From Lytechinus pictus (lineage: Eukaryota), in the NCBI RefSeq assembly GCF_037042905.1, contig NC_087245.1, positions 4,216,001-4,280,000 on the forward strand: a DNA stretch of 64,000 nucleotides, given 5' to 3'. This document shows positions 1-12,693 of this stretch, piece after piece. Under the pieces are notes generated by a model, which searched no databases, was not told where the DNA came from, and saw only the letters and a list, made by a program, of their open reading frames with translations. Numbering within the stretch: the stretch's first letter is position 1; every line of letters starts with the position of its first letter. A program made the translations under genes and the position numbers.

Positions 1-375
1 GGCTTTGGGAAGGGGTCTGATCAATAATTATCAGGAAGAAGTGAGAAGGGTGGGGGCTTTGGGGAGGGGTCTGATCAATAATTATCAGGAAGAAGTGAGA
101 AGGGTGGGGGCTTTGGGAAGGGGTCTGCTCAATATTATCAGGAAGAAGTGAGAAGGGTGGGGGCTTTGGGGAGGGGTCTGATCAATAATTATCAGGAAGA
201 AGTGAGAAGGGTGGGGGCTTTGGGGAGGGGTGTGATCAAAAATTATCAGGAAGAAGTGAGAAGGGTGGGGGCTTTGGGGAGGGGTGTGATCAAAAATTAT
301 CAGGAAGAAGTGAGAAGGGTGGGGGCTTTGGGGAGGGGTCTGATCAATAATTATCAGGGTGAAGTGAGAAGGGTG
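1..375. repeat. 54-bp G-rich minisatellite, ~7 copies (runs off the window start)
   Basis: Unit GGCTTTGGGGAGGGGTCTGATCAATAATTATCAGGAAGAAGTGAGAAGGGTGGG restarts at 1, 55, 109 and onward. It explains the 18-aa periodic ORFs 85..396 and 148..399. Confidence 0.95.
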
Positions 376-661
376 GATTTCTATTGTTTTCACCAATAGA
401 CTTGCTCTTAGCCAATCAAATGACAGTATTTCAGTGGCTTATAATAGTTGTCGATGAAAATCACTCGCAAATTGCTTCATGAAAGGCTTCAAGGCTTGCC
501 ATTACTTGCTAAATGCGATTCACTATGCCTCTCAAAACGAATCATTACTGTTGACTTTTCCACACATTTCGTAATGACAGTCATGGCATTTACACCATCA
601 TCATCCTTTTAAATTCGGATAGGATTGGTTTGATCTCCAGCTGATCTTATTGCACCTATGT

Positions 662-1469
662 TCAAGTAGAATTATCATGATTATCGATGTCCGATGACGA
701 TGTTGGTGATTCTGATGGCATATCGGTAGCATCAATATCGTTTTCCATATCAAACTCTGTTGGTGATTCTGGAGATGTACTGGTAGCATTGATATCGTCT
801 TCCATTTCAAAACCAGTGTTATCGTGGCTATTATCGATATCCTCCGAATTAGTATCATTCACTTCTTCAATCTTTTCTGAAACATCTTCAGTATCAACGT
901 TCACATCGTCGGATAATTCACTCTCTTTTGTCGATACATGATCGTCTTCTTTATTATGACTTTCGATCGTTGTTTCGTCAGGGGGGTCGTACGGAGGATC
1001 ATCCGGAGGATCAGTCGTAATTATCGAAACATCCTGTTCAAGATCAGTTGGAGATTGACTTAAGTTCCTTTCATTATCACTCTCCTCTTCTCTACTCGAT
1101 TCCCGACCCAACTTAATTGGCCCGTTAAATAATGATGTTTCAAATATTTCGTCCAATCCTATATCAAATCCTGGATTATCGAATCCTACGGACAGCGGGC
1201 GTTCATTGACGTCCTCGGCAATCGTCGGCAATTTCGAAGTTTCTGACGTGATTGTTTCATTTCGTAATCGTCCATATTGATTATTCTGAATGACTTCACT
1301 ATCATTAGTCCCAGCTATTAAGTCTGGTGTGGAGTAACCCATCTGCACGGGTGTGTATTCTGAAGCGTCTTTTTGTTTTTCTTGGTTGGTTATCGCTTCT
1401 TCCCAAGTAGATAGGACACGGAAAGTGGGAGCTTGATCTCCAATCGGATGTCTTTCGTGAAAACTATGA
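662..1469 (-). CDS. Receptor locus A, terminal exon: acidic, low-complexity cytoplasmic tail with Tyr motifs (SEYTPV, QYGRL)
   Basis: Open frame 662..1573. Polypyrimidine/AG acceptor at 1470-1471. Phase 2 matches the donor of the TM exon at 2137, the same arrangement as in loci B and C. Confidence 0.75.
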
Positions 1470-2136
1470 CTGAAATATAAAAAAAAAATATTGAGAAAAG
1501 GAGAAATAGAGAAGCGTAAGGGTCCTCTTCTGATTAAAAAATAATTTATTTTCATAACAAACATTATGCCCATTGCAAAATATAAGTTTTCTATAGATGT
1601 AGGAAAGAATCAACGCTTTAGACGATGTATTTTAGCTATCAAATTATCTTATTAAAATGTATCATTTTCATATTTTAAGGAGTTAATGATACGGACAAGA
1701 AGTTAAAAAAAAGAAGAAATTGTTAAATGCTGCCAAAGCATGCATTCCCATTATGAAGTTGACAAACTCTTTCTTAATTCTCTTTGAGGTTTGGATTGCA
1801 TATTTTTTTTCTTAAAGAAAACACTATTCAATCATATTGAGGGTAATCCCGTGGGGGTGGACGGGGGACGTGCCCCCCCTCGATTTTTGAATTTTGTACA
1901 GCAATATACGGGAGAGGGTCGACGGAACAAACATCTCACGAAATTGCCGCCTATGATTCAAATTGAAACAGAAGTCACTAAACCTCTAACATGCAAATTG
2001 TAAATTTTTTAACAGGTTTATGACTTCCCAAAAAGAAGTGGGATAGATTGAGCTTTAACATTCGGTACTTTATCGAGTGGACACTAACACACCTTACTAA
2101 CTTCCTCAATAAACCGTAACCATCAAATATGCTTAC

Positions 2137-2233
2137 CTTTGCTTCTTTCTTTTGAAATAGCACCAGAAGTATACAACAAGGCCCACAACAACAATAGCTA
2201 CAACAACCGCTACAACAGCTCCAATTATGGCAC
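2137..2233 (-). CDS. Receptor locus A, transmembrane exon (GAIIGAVVAVVVAIVVVGLVVYFWCYFKRKKQ)
   Basis: Hydrophobic helix followed by a basic stop-transfer cluster. TTTTAG acceptor and GTAAG donor. Phases 1/2 as in the TM exons of B and C. Confidence 0.8.
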
Positions 2234-3699
2234 CTAAAACAAAACCAAACATGTTCAAATAATTATACACAAATGTTGATAACCACATTACACTCAACAA
2301 CAAAATTGAAATAATATACCTTATCACAGTGGTATAAGTTCTATCAGAAAAAAAATATTGAAAATGTTAAAATGATATTCCTTTAATTGACACGATACTT
2401 GGTTTTTGGACGATAAATGTTTCATTTTTTATTTAAAAAGATGCTAAATGTCCCTAAGGCGAGGCACATTTTGAGTAGACTATCAAAGTCTATTATTCCT
2501 GCAGTAGATTTCAGATATGAGGAATTGGTAGGCAGGTAACTACGATATCCCCCTATAAAAAAAAAAGCTGATGGAAAATGTAAGCATTATTGAATTAGTA
2601 AATAATTTCGGTTTATTATGTAGTGTGTGAATACGACACTCAGAAAGTAAATTAAAGTATATTTGTGGCAAGTTCTTACACTAATGAGAAGAGATTGTAT
2701 AAATCATAATTTGTCATTTGATTTATTATTTGCTAATGGGTGAAAGTAGATATTTAATCTCATAAATCTTTCGTGAGAATAATGAGAATGAGGGGAGACA
2801 TCATATCAACGTAACAGATGGCGGTATAATATTCTCTCTGATAAGCAAACAAGATCTCGGAGTGAGAAAGGGGGGGGGTGAGAATTTGCTTAATTCAGAA
2901 GACATATACAGAGAGTGGGGGCAGAAAAGAACACAACAAAATAATCAGAGATACGTGTGAAAGTACGGAGACACTTCATAAAGGAATAACAAGAGTATGA
3001 GATGAGTTTTAAGTTTCATTTTGTGATGCCGCGTTCAAGCAGCTCCTGATTAACCTGCCATGTGATTTTTTTTAATGAAAGGCTATTTCCTCAGAAAATC
3101 AAAATAACTTTAAATATGTTTTTAAGACATTATCATGCAATGATTGCTTCTCTGGAAAATTGTCAGTCATCATAAACCATTAAGAAATTGGCATTTACAC
3201 TTTAAATCACAAGACATATCGGGAAAACTGCTATCAAGTAAAGACCAAAAAACAAACAAAGGGAATAATAAAAAATATAAGTTTTTCTTGACGCACAGTA
3301 CACTTTAAAAAGAAAAAAAAGACTGGAACTGAATTCAACCGATATCTTTCAAAATAGATGTGACATAACTCCTTTAAAAGTGACCCTACTCCTTTTAATC
3401 CACAAGATGGCGCACTTCTGCCACGGCACTTATGTTACCCGGGATGTTACCATGGTTGTAGAAGATGCCGTTGGCCAAGTTGTGCCTTATTTTTCGTCTG
3501 ACAAGGACATTACTAAAGAATCCGCACCATATTGAATGGACACGCACTATATGTGACTGATCCAGTTTATTGAACCAGTTTGCGTCTGTGAGAAAACTGG
3601 TTCTTTTTTGTTATCATGGCCACACTCTATTCCTAACTTCGGATTCGATATTTATTATTTCATTCCGAACAGTAAGGCAATCATAATGCAAACTACTTA

Positions 3700-4221
3700 G
3701 GGTGCGTTTATCCGCCACTTTTTTACCCTATAATCATGATTCCAATCATGATTCAAATCACGATTCTGCAGAATCACGATTGCGTTTAGTCGAAATTGAA
3801 TATAATCATGATTAGAATCACAAACATGAACTACGAAAAAAAGGGCGTTTGGAAAGACGTTTCTGCAGAATCACGTACGAAAATGTTCGGATAAACGATA
3901 TCGTGATTTGAATCATGATTATATGACGTCATTGTGTCGAGCTATTTCCGGTTCTTGCCAAGGCGCGCGCCCCACGTTGTCACATCACATGTACGTCGCC
4001 GACCTCCAATTAAGTGTCCAACGTTGACCTATACTTCCTGGGTCAAACTGCGCACTGTGATGCGCACTGGATCGGTCCGAATCCGAGGAGAAACAGCGTT
4101 GGAACGAAGGTCGTCTAAACCCTGATTCTGTAGTAATTGTGATTCATGTTTGTGATTTGAATCATGATTCCAATCATGATTCAAATCACGATTCTGGCTT
4201 GAGGTCGGATAAACGCAGCCC
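3700..4221. mobile_element. MITE, PIF/Harbinger-like, with internal AATCATGATT repeats
   Basis: TIR GGGTGCGTTTATCCG ... CGGATAAACGCAGCCC, flanked by TTA/TAG. Confidence 0.7.
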
Positions 4222-4254
4222 TAGTCTCCTCTGCTGCAACAAATTCTTTCTTAC

Positions 4255-4403
4255 CTGTGTTAACCGAAGATCCATCCATATTCGGCGGAGATGTCGTCAC
4301 AGCTGGTTGAGTTTGTGATTGGTTAGTTGACATCGATGACAGCCGATCGAGTCGTTAACATATATGATAATGAGTGGTAATCATCACACAATATTAAGGT
4401 GCC
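4255..4403 (-). pseudogene. Receptor locus A, stalk exon with an apparent +1 frameshift
   Basis: AG acceptor at 4404-4405 and GTAAG donor at 4250-4254. The 5' part reads in phase with the upstream exon but hits a stop. The 3' part (MSTNQSQTQPAVTTSPPNMDGSSVNT) is in phase with the TM exon. Length 149 where 148 is needed. Confidence 0.55.
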
Positions 4404-4446
4404 CTGAATAACAAAAAGAAATAGAAATAAGATGATGAAGTTATAA

Positions 4447-5040
4447 GCTACGGTAAAAATGTTCGTATGAACGATGCGCTCGTACGATTCTCACTGTTCG
4501 TACGAATTTTGGAGTTATAGAGAATAAATTCTTACGAACACCTTAAGACATTCTTGAGAAAAGGAATGATTTTTGGTCATACAATAGCCCTAGAATTCGT
4601 ACATTTTTCGTAAGAATGCCTCGAGATATTCTTTCGTCAGACTTACGGCCATCTTACAATTTCTTGTCGTATGTGCAACTTACGGTACTCTCGGTCATTC
4701 GTGAGAAGATTTTATTCAACAGTTGCGCAAATTGCCGTAAGAGCCTTTTATGAACAACAAGGCTTTTTTACGATCATCGTAAGAATTTAAGGCGTCTACA
4801 ATTGACCCTCGATCATACATCGTTCTTACGATGTTCTTATGACGTTTGTAAGGCCCGCCTTACGAAGAGAGGATTTCGTACGACGTTTAAAAATCTTGCA
4901 CAAGACCATCGACCAAGAACGGGCTGACTAACATATTTTACATCATTCTTGAGAAGATCTTAGAAAATCTGGTTCAGTAAAAAAAACAAAATCACATATA
5001 CGGCTTTCGTAGCCGTTCTTAGTGGTATCTATGACCGTGT
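4447..5040. mobile_element. Degenerate non-autonomous DNA transposon (CGTA/TACG-rich)
   Basis: CpG-rich block with many CGTAAG/CTTACG motifs and imperfect inverted ends (GCTACGGT ... ACCGTGTC). Boundaries approximate. Confidence 0.4.
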
Positions 5041-5643
5041 CATTTCTATTTTATTCATATCTGGATCATTCGTTTCATTTTCTTTCTTTTTGTATTTTGT
5101 AGACCTGAAATATGATTTATAATTTGAATAAAGGGCTCTAATTATAAGGTATGATGATAAGAGTGAAGGTGAACGAGATGATTTATTTAATGTCCTACAT
5201 ACAGGGGGGAGTGAGAGGGGGAGTGAGTGAGGGGGGTTAATGAGACGGGGAAGAAAAGGATGGACAGATGGTTATAAATATAAACAGAGAGAGAGAGTGG
5301 AGTTGGAGGAGGGAACAAGGCAGGAAAATAAATAGCAACTATATATAGAGAGCGAGGGAAAATAATTGACCAGCTTTTACTTGGACTAAGATGAATAAAC
5401 CGCAATACAAACGGAACCGGAAACAGATTGAGGTTTTGACCATTCTTGTCAAATCTGTTTAACAAAGACAAGTCTGCTTGTGTTTATTTATACTTATCAT
5501 ATTCAATGATATAGCATCGTGTATACAAAAGGTGAAAAATTGCATCTTTGGCGTATGAAATTTACAATAAGTGATGAATTGCAAGCATTAGCAGTGGTAA
5601 TTAGGAAATGAATAATTGCTTACTTAATGTTCGTATTGCTTAA

Positions 5644-6226
5644 AGGACAAGTCCACCCCAACAAAAAGTTGATTTGAATAAAAAGAGAAAAATCCAACTG
5701 GCATAACACTGAAAATTTCATCAAAATCGGATGTAAAATAAGAAAGTTATGACATTTTAAAGTTTCGCCTAATTTCACAAAACAGTTATATATGCACATC
5801 CTGGCTGGAATGCAAATGAGGAGAATATGACGTAGTCCACTCACTATTTCTTTTGCATTTCATTGTATGAAATGTTCTAATTTTCTCCTCATTGTCAAGT
5901 GATACAACGATTAATTCCTCCCTTAACATGTGGAATTGGTCTTGTTTAATACTATATGATTCGGTCAAGTTGGTCCTTATTGTCAAATCTAAAAAAAATG
6001 AAATATTGTATAATTCAAACGATAAAAAAAAAAAATAGTGAGTGATGGACATAATCGACTGACTCACCTAATTGTGCATTTCACTGTTTTGTGAAAAATA
6101 AGCGAAACTTTTAAATGTCATAACTTTCTTATTTTACATCCGATTTTGATGAAATTTTCAGCACTATGCTAGTTTGATTTTTCTCTATTTATTCAAGTCA
6201 GCATTTTCCTGGGGTGGACTTCACCT
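5644..6226. mobile_element. TTAA-flanked MITE (Kolobok-like), copy 1
   Basis: TTAA on both sides. TIR AGGACAAGTCCACCCCA / TGGGGTGGACTTCACCT. Near-identical copy at 48285-48870. Confidence 0.9.
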
Positions 6227-6334
6227 TTAAATATCTGTTTCATCAAGGCGCATGATAATGTATCCCTGGAAAGACAGGCTGTCTACCCCCCCCCCTTTAT
6301 TGTCTAAAAGCAGGATAACAATACACACCATTAC

Positions 6335-6425
6335 CTGACCAGGTGTTTCATATAGAGGGCGTCGTGACTGAAATCCATTAGGGTGTTGACGCTGATCAAC
6401 GCTGAAATGGAAAACTAATCCGTGT
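6335..6425 (-). CDS. Receptor locus A ectodomain exon resembling the C-terminal strands of a CUB domain (HGLVFHFSVDQRQHPNGFQ)
   Basis: AG/GT bounded. Resembles the CUB pattern L-x-x-x-F-x-S/V-D-x5-G-F. Domain call by eye only. Confidence 0.45.
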
Positions 6426-6656
6426 CTGTTCAGAACAAAAAAAATAGGGAAAAGGAATAAGTGATAAAAAATGCATTCGAACACATTGACAACACTCTGT
6501 CCCTCTTAGGAGGAACAATGAGTATCACAATGAGTCAAAATGAATAAAAATTGGGAACAAAGCACTGTAGAATAGTCGAACCTGAATACAAAATGTTACA
6601 AGATAATCGTGATATCGAAGAAAAAAAAAACAATAGCAGTGCAGTGGTATGGTATA

Positions 6657-6836
6657 CCTGAATTGGAATTTAACCTCGCTGAAGCATGCACGAGTGCCAT
6701 ATTTCCGCGATAATGACAGGAAAATTCCTCCTATATTGTTAAAAATCGTGTAATCAAATCTCGAACTGGGAGTTAAACGCAGTCACATTTCACATACATA
6801 GTCACATTTCCCAAATACATCTTCAGTCTGATTAAC
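6657..6836 (-). pseudogene. Receptor locus A degenerate Cys-containing ectodomain exon with an in-frame stop
   Basis: AG/GT bounded and in phase with the 6335-6425 exon. Reads VNQTEDVFGKCDYVCEM*LRL. The stop lies in a short duplication of GAAATGTGACT. Confidence 0.35.
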
Positions 6837-9800
6837 CTGTTACAGAACATAGGCCTATGTATATTCTCTTGTAAATTGGTTACTCGAGCAGGATTCGTTG
6901 CATATCCTTTCGACAACTATTTCCATCGGCTTTGAGCGTCTCCCTTTTTTGTTGGGATTATCTTGTTCTGTGGAGATTTTGATTGTAAGATATAATTGAA
7001 GCAGAAAGGAATTTCCCCGGGCTTCACATTCTTACCATGTACTCTATTCAAATTAATCCTTAAACGAGCTATTATACCCAAGATGTAAATTCCATAAGGA
7101 ATAATCATGTATTTGCATAATATGTTCGAAATATCACAGAGTATTTAAAATTTGAATAGATTTTGCGTAAACAAAGTGAAACCGTTAAATCAGTGGCGTA
7201 ATAACCCCCAAATTTAAAGGGGGCTAGATATGGAGCATCGCGTAAAGTTGGTTGTGATTTTTATTTATGGGGGGAGCAGCCCCCCCCCTCCTCATCTGTA
7301 CGCCAGTGATTTAAATGATGTGAGTCTTGAAGATATCATCCGAGGATATGTCCGATGACAGCCATGACTCTTATAATAGGCTAAAGGTTAAAATGAGGGT
7401 TGAACTTATTTTCACGATGTTTTGGGGTAATTCGAATTCAACTTTCTGTTATAGTAATTCATTTTCCATAACTTTATACGATGTCGCTAAATTGTTCAGA
7501 GACATTCATAGATCCAACTCAATATTGTGAAACTTTATTTTGTTGTTTCTATATTATCGCTAACTTCATAAGCTAAAAAGTCGTCATCGAATGTTTTAGT
7601 CCCATAACACCACGAACGTGTAGGAGGTGTATAAATAAAAATAAATGAATTTATTTCAAATATGTATTAATTTGATATATTAGGTGTACAATATATCCAC
7701 GAGATAACACAATATGTATCAGTCACTATTAAACACAAACACGACATCATCATGTTTTGACAACCCCTTAAAAGACAAAGGATAAAACAATGAAATGGAA
7801 GAATATATGCGTAAAACTAAAAATTGAAAAACAAAATAGGAAGCAAGAGAAAAAAAGGGGGAAAAAGGAAAGATGACAGGGCAGAAAGAAAGGAGGAATA
7901 ATAGACAAGAGATGTTTATTAATCCTCATTTCCACTGTATTGTGATCCATTATGAACGTGACGATTGGCCCTTAGTAGCTGATCTCGAACTTTTTAACCG
8001 TTCAATCTTTTTTCTACGATCAATTCGATTGCCACGACTAATCTAATACGATCACTACGAATACTTCACGAGTAAGATCGCCGTTTCAGTCGCGGCGCGA
8101 ATTCTTACAGTGGGAACTAGATAAATAAAGATAATAAGTAGAATATCATGAATGTGATCAAATGACGGGACAGTGCTACAGGGGCAGGGGGTGGACCATT
8201 AGACTTGTACAAGAGGAGAAAAAAGGGAGGAAAGAAAAAATAGAATATCAGAAAAAAAAGGGTGGGTGTAACACTCTTTTAAAATGGAACTGGCGTCTCT
8301 TTTTGCCTCCCTACCAAATACAATGGCGCCATCCATAAATAGGAACACCTGTACAGGTACACGGTCCCCCGCCCTTCCCCTTGTCACAATTATGTACTAA
8401 TAATGTTATATAATTCTAGCCCCCCCCCCCCCGCCCCTCCCTGCCCATTGGTACTTCGATTGGTTGGAATCCTTCCTAGAATAGAAAAGTATATTATTGA
8501 AGAAGTCATATCACGTTCCCATAATATATATTACTTTAATAATAAAACAAAAATGTGACTTGATATGAATTTAAACCATGAGGAAATGATCTTGACGGAT
8601 GAAACCACGTTAGTTTATGGTTGATGTATTATGGTCAGGATTATTAATTAGATAGACATGTTATTGGTGATGATATTATATGACGTCATAATGATTGACG
8701 TATCCAGAGTGGGGCATGTATACTCCTATGGAAAGCCGTTTCATATGCGTCCCCATTCCGACCTCTCAACGTTTCAAGGCAAACAGAAGTCCTACAACCG
8801 ATACCTCAATACATAATCGCAGCGATATTAGTATATCATTATATAAATATCATGATAGAAACTGTTATAAAGCAAAATGGTTTGGAAAAGTTTAAGGGAA
8901 GAATGTACATGTTTCGTCGTTATTGATGAGCAAAATTATTTTATTTTATACAAGCAAACAAACAATGACAAACCAATGTACTTAGTCACAGTTTACTAAC
9001 CAAGAGTAAAACGCCAATATGTGAATGAAAAACAGTTACAAAAGACATTCCCTTGCACATAATTATATAGAGGCTGATTCATTCTCGAAAATAATGAAAT
9101 GAAATAAAAATTGAATCACACACACGACTGAAAACAAGAACAGAACGAAATCTAAACATTTTATTTTCCTTTTGAAATGACTCAAAACATGTTTGTGATT
9201 ATATTTTAAAGCCATGTTAAAAACAAATATCATGGATAATACAATGAGTCATGGTGAATAAGCTTTGTATGTAAATCCGTTTAAATGATCCATGACAAAA
9301 ACTGATTTTGAGATACATTTTACTTTTAAACAGCGCAATTTGTTTGTTTGGCAAGTGATCAAAGCGTGATGTTGAAACTTTTTTCCAATAATCGATCAAT
9401 AATTGTTATCGTAAAAAAATGCGGGGATAGGCTTTCTAAGAAATACAAAAATAAGGATCAACATTATTCAATACTCTGAAGGACAACATTTTAGGTATTA
9501 ACATCTCAAACTCTATACAACCCCAACATCTTGTAAGGCTATTGAAGTTCTTGCAATTTCTTGTTAAAAATTTGTCTATGGCTAGGCACTTGTACAGATA
9601 CTTTACAGTGCATTCAAATAGCGATAGGGCGTAAAGGTTCAAATCACCCCTTAAAATGACCGAAATTTCTTCTGAAGGAACTTTTTTTTAAGGTGGATAA
9701 ATCTGACTCCTCGATCCCTTTCTACCCTTTCCGTCATTTGCGTTTTAGCTGTGAAAGGGATATAATAAGTGCTAGCCATAGAGATAGTATTACATCTCTA

Positions 9801-12047
9801 TATGGTGCTATATAGCCAAGTACTTTGCTAGGTAGCCCTCATGTGTCGCTAAAGGAATACAAGAATCATGATTCAATTGTATAGGCCTATTACAATAATC
9901 ATAATTATTTTACCAGTAGATTATTCACATATCAAAGGTCCGGGCAGGAATATAACTACACCACCGCTCTTATATTTTGGCCCGTCCTTCTTTGCAACCT
10001 CGAATGTGTTATAAAACTGAACCTAAAGAAAACATCTTTATATAGAGTTTCGTTTGTGCAATGCATAATGGTCCGTAAAATTAAATGGTTAATTTTCATA
10101 AGGAAGTGCGGAATCGAGTCAATGGAACATACTTTGAATTCATTGAATCGCTACTACATTCAATTCATGTTATTAAAATAATCTTTACATTAGGTAAGGA
10201 ACATACTGTAAGATATTGCCCCTCGCTTAGGAATATTATTTTTTTTGTAAGTTTCAGACTTCAGAGCGTTCACCATGATACCTTTAGGGGCAGATAGATA
10301 ATTTCCTAAAGGGGGAGGGGCACAGAAAATGATTCTACTCTTCTTGGATTTTTAGGAGGCAGCCCATGGAAAAATGAGCTCTCGTTGCCAAGAAATTACT
10401 TAATAACATCTTCTCCGAAAGTATTAACAAGGACAAAAAATGCTATCAGTTTAAATGCGGTCATAATTTTCCTGGGTTTTTTTCATGTGAGAAGTGAACA
10501 AAAACAGATTTTCGCCTTTTTTTCGGGGGAGGAGGGGTGGTCAATAATTATACAGATCCACCATTGGATACTTCTATCTTATCAATTCTACCTTTAGTTC
10601 ATCTCACTCATTCCAATGCCCATGTGCTCTTAAAAAAGTGAGGAAAAAATAGATGAATATGAAACTAAGGACTGAATCACATGAAATGAAAAGTAAATCT
10701 ATATCTCGCAAGTACTGTAAGAAAACGAACTATTGATTTTGTTTTCACATACTGTTTAATAGACGGTTGAGCATACTCACCACTAGGATTCGACCGTTTT
10801 TTTGTGTGAGTCTGCCATAATGATTGCTAGTTTTAAAGACGCATTGATTATTTACCTTCAGCATCTCCATCCATTGTTAAGCAGGGTCACCAAAAATCAA
10901 AGAGACATTTCTATTTTCTCGAAGCCATCAAAATTACAACGGATTCATTTGAAATGATGGTATCCTGCATGCATGTATCACACTTTGATATACTTAGAGA
11001 TTTTCAGGGTTCTAATGAAGGGTTTTAGCAAACAACACAGGAAGTTTGTTGCTCAAACTTTCAAAGTAAGATTACTTCAACCAAACCAATGTAAAAACAC
11101 AAACTGTCTGCCTATTGTTGTATTTATCTTTTTATTTATAAACAAAAAGTATGTCTACCTGAATAGTCACATTAATATCATAATTTAGTTGGTGACATCA
11201 AACATCGTGTTTAACATTGTCATTTATCGCGGTAGAGGTATCACATACGTATCACATGTAAATGCAAATAAAGCAGAAACTTATCCTACATGTTTTACAG
11301 GGACTAAAGTTGATATGCAATTTTCATTAAATAATTACTAGTTGCAGGTAAATAGTTTATAAAATCCATAAACTTGACCGGATATAATACTATCAGTGTG
11401 TATAGATAGATAATTGTAACAATTTTTTTTTTCTGCATTACATTACATGGACAGAAAATATGCGAAGGAAGGAAAATAATCGCTGTCCCCTATGTTCTCT
11501 TTGCTTTGGACTTTCGTGAAGAAACTAAGCTAATATTGACATAACTCCTCTCAGTATACATTCGAATACAATCAAAGTCTTTCTCTTTTTTTTTCTTACA
11601 AAGGCATTGTGTGTACTTTTATAAACAGACAAGGAATTTTTTCACTATAGGTAAGAATCCCAAGGGTTTTAGTCATAGGAATGTGTAATGAATGTTACGC
11701 CCCCAATATGAAAAACGGATGGAAAAAAATATTGGCATGCAGCGGCGTACTGATGCAAAATTTGACGGAATTGGGCTCTGATAAAGTGCATTATTTAAAA
11801 AAAATACAAGCGAGTGAAGCAAATGATATTTTCAATCTGCCTTTAATAATCAATTTGATTCTGCCATAGATTGCATTCAAAGAAATTCACAATTTTATTT
11901 TTCACAATTAAAAATATATATAAATTGTTGCGTATTTTGCGTCGGGTGGGAGACCCTTTTATCCCCACCGGTACGCCAGAATTGGTGTGATTCATTATGA
12001 TACGATAGGCCTATACCATCTTACAGTTAGGTCAGGATATCAGCTTG

Positions 12048-12065
12048 ATAATAATAATAATAATA

Positions 12066-12109
<44 letters not shown>

Positions 12110-12232
12110 AATAATAATAATAATGATATGATTATGATGATGCTGATGATGCTGATAATGATGATTATGATAATAACAATAGCAATAATAATAATAATAA
12201 CAGTAATAATAAAGATAATAATAATAATAACA
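12048..12232. repeat. Compound (AAT)n/(GAT)n microsatellite
   Basis: Directly visible trinucleotide runs. Confidence 0.95.
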
Positions 12233-12553
12233 ATTTATAGTATTAATGTATTAAATAGATATCTACATGCCTTTGTAACACCTCTTTATATGATGCTTGA
12301 CAGTTTAAGATTAGACCATATTACAACCAATAGTACACTCTGCAGAATATGATTATGATAACGCTATATACAGAGCATTGAGAGCAATCAAAGTATATCA
12401 ACAAATAACTCTACGCCACTTATATAGTCACGGGGAATCATGGCACAGTTTTTAGCATAATTGTTTTACATTCATCATATCAAATGGTTCATCTTTTGTA
12501 GATTTACATAAGTGAGATTTCTACTGATAAAACATTACACATAGGAATCATAC

Positions 12554-12693
12554 CTGTGAAGGCTTGCTTTAGACCCGAGATCGATCGTCTTCGGATAGTA
12601 CACGCCCCACTGGCAGCTACACTCCTACTTCGCATTCAACAAGTTATTCTCAAACTCCGATGATTGCTGATACTGTATATTTCCATCTGGGTT
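12554..12693 (-). pseudogene. Possible degenerate SRCR C-terminal exon of locus A
   Basis: CAG acceptor and GTATGA donor. GAAGTAGGAGTGTAGCTGCCAG resembles the E-x-G-V-x-C-Q end of the SRCR exons of B and C, but stops/frameshifts occur in all frames. Confidence 0.3.

Noticed and set aside
1-399. Repeat-protein ORFs on both strands; CRISPR-like periodicity
   Set aside because: Pure 54-bp tandem repeat without unique spacers. The ORFs follow from the unit length being a multiple of three.
3396-3585. Possible alternative terminal exon of locus A (phase-compatible acceptor, ~60 open codons) giving a secreted isoform
   Set aside because: No similarity to the paralogs or any recognisable motif; could easily be chance.
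8697-8840. GC-elevated patch with a C-D-Y-V-like motif, possible CUB exon of locus A
   Set aside because: Stops in the plausible frames and no clear splice sites; too weak to call.
11987-12352. 121-aa ORF with poly-N/D/I
   Set aside because: Translation of an AAT/GAT microsatellite.
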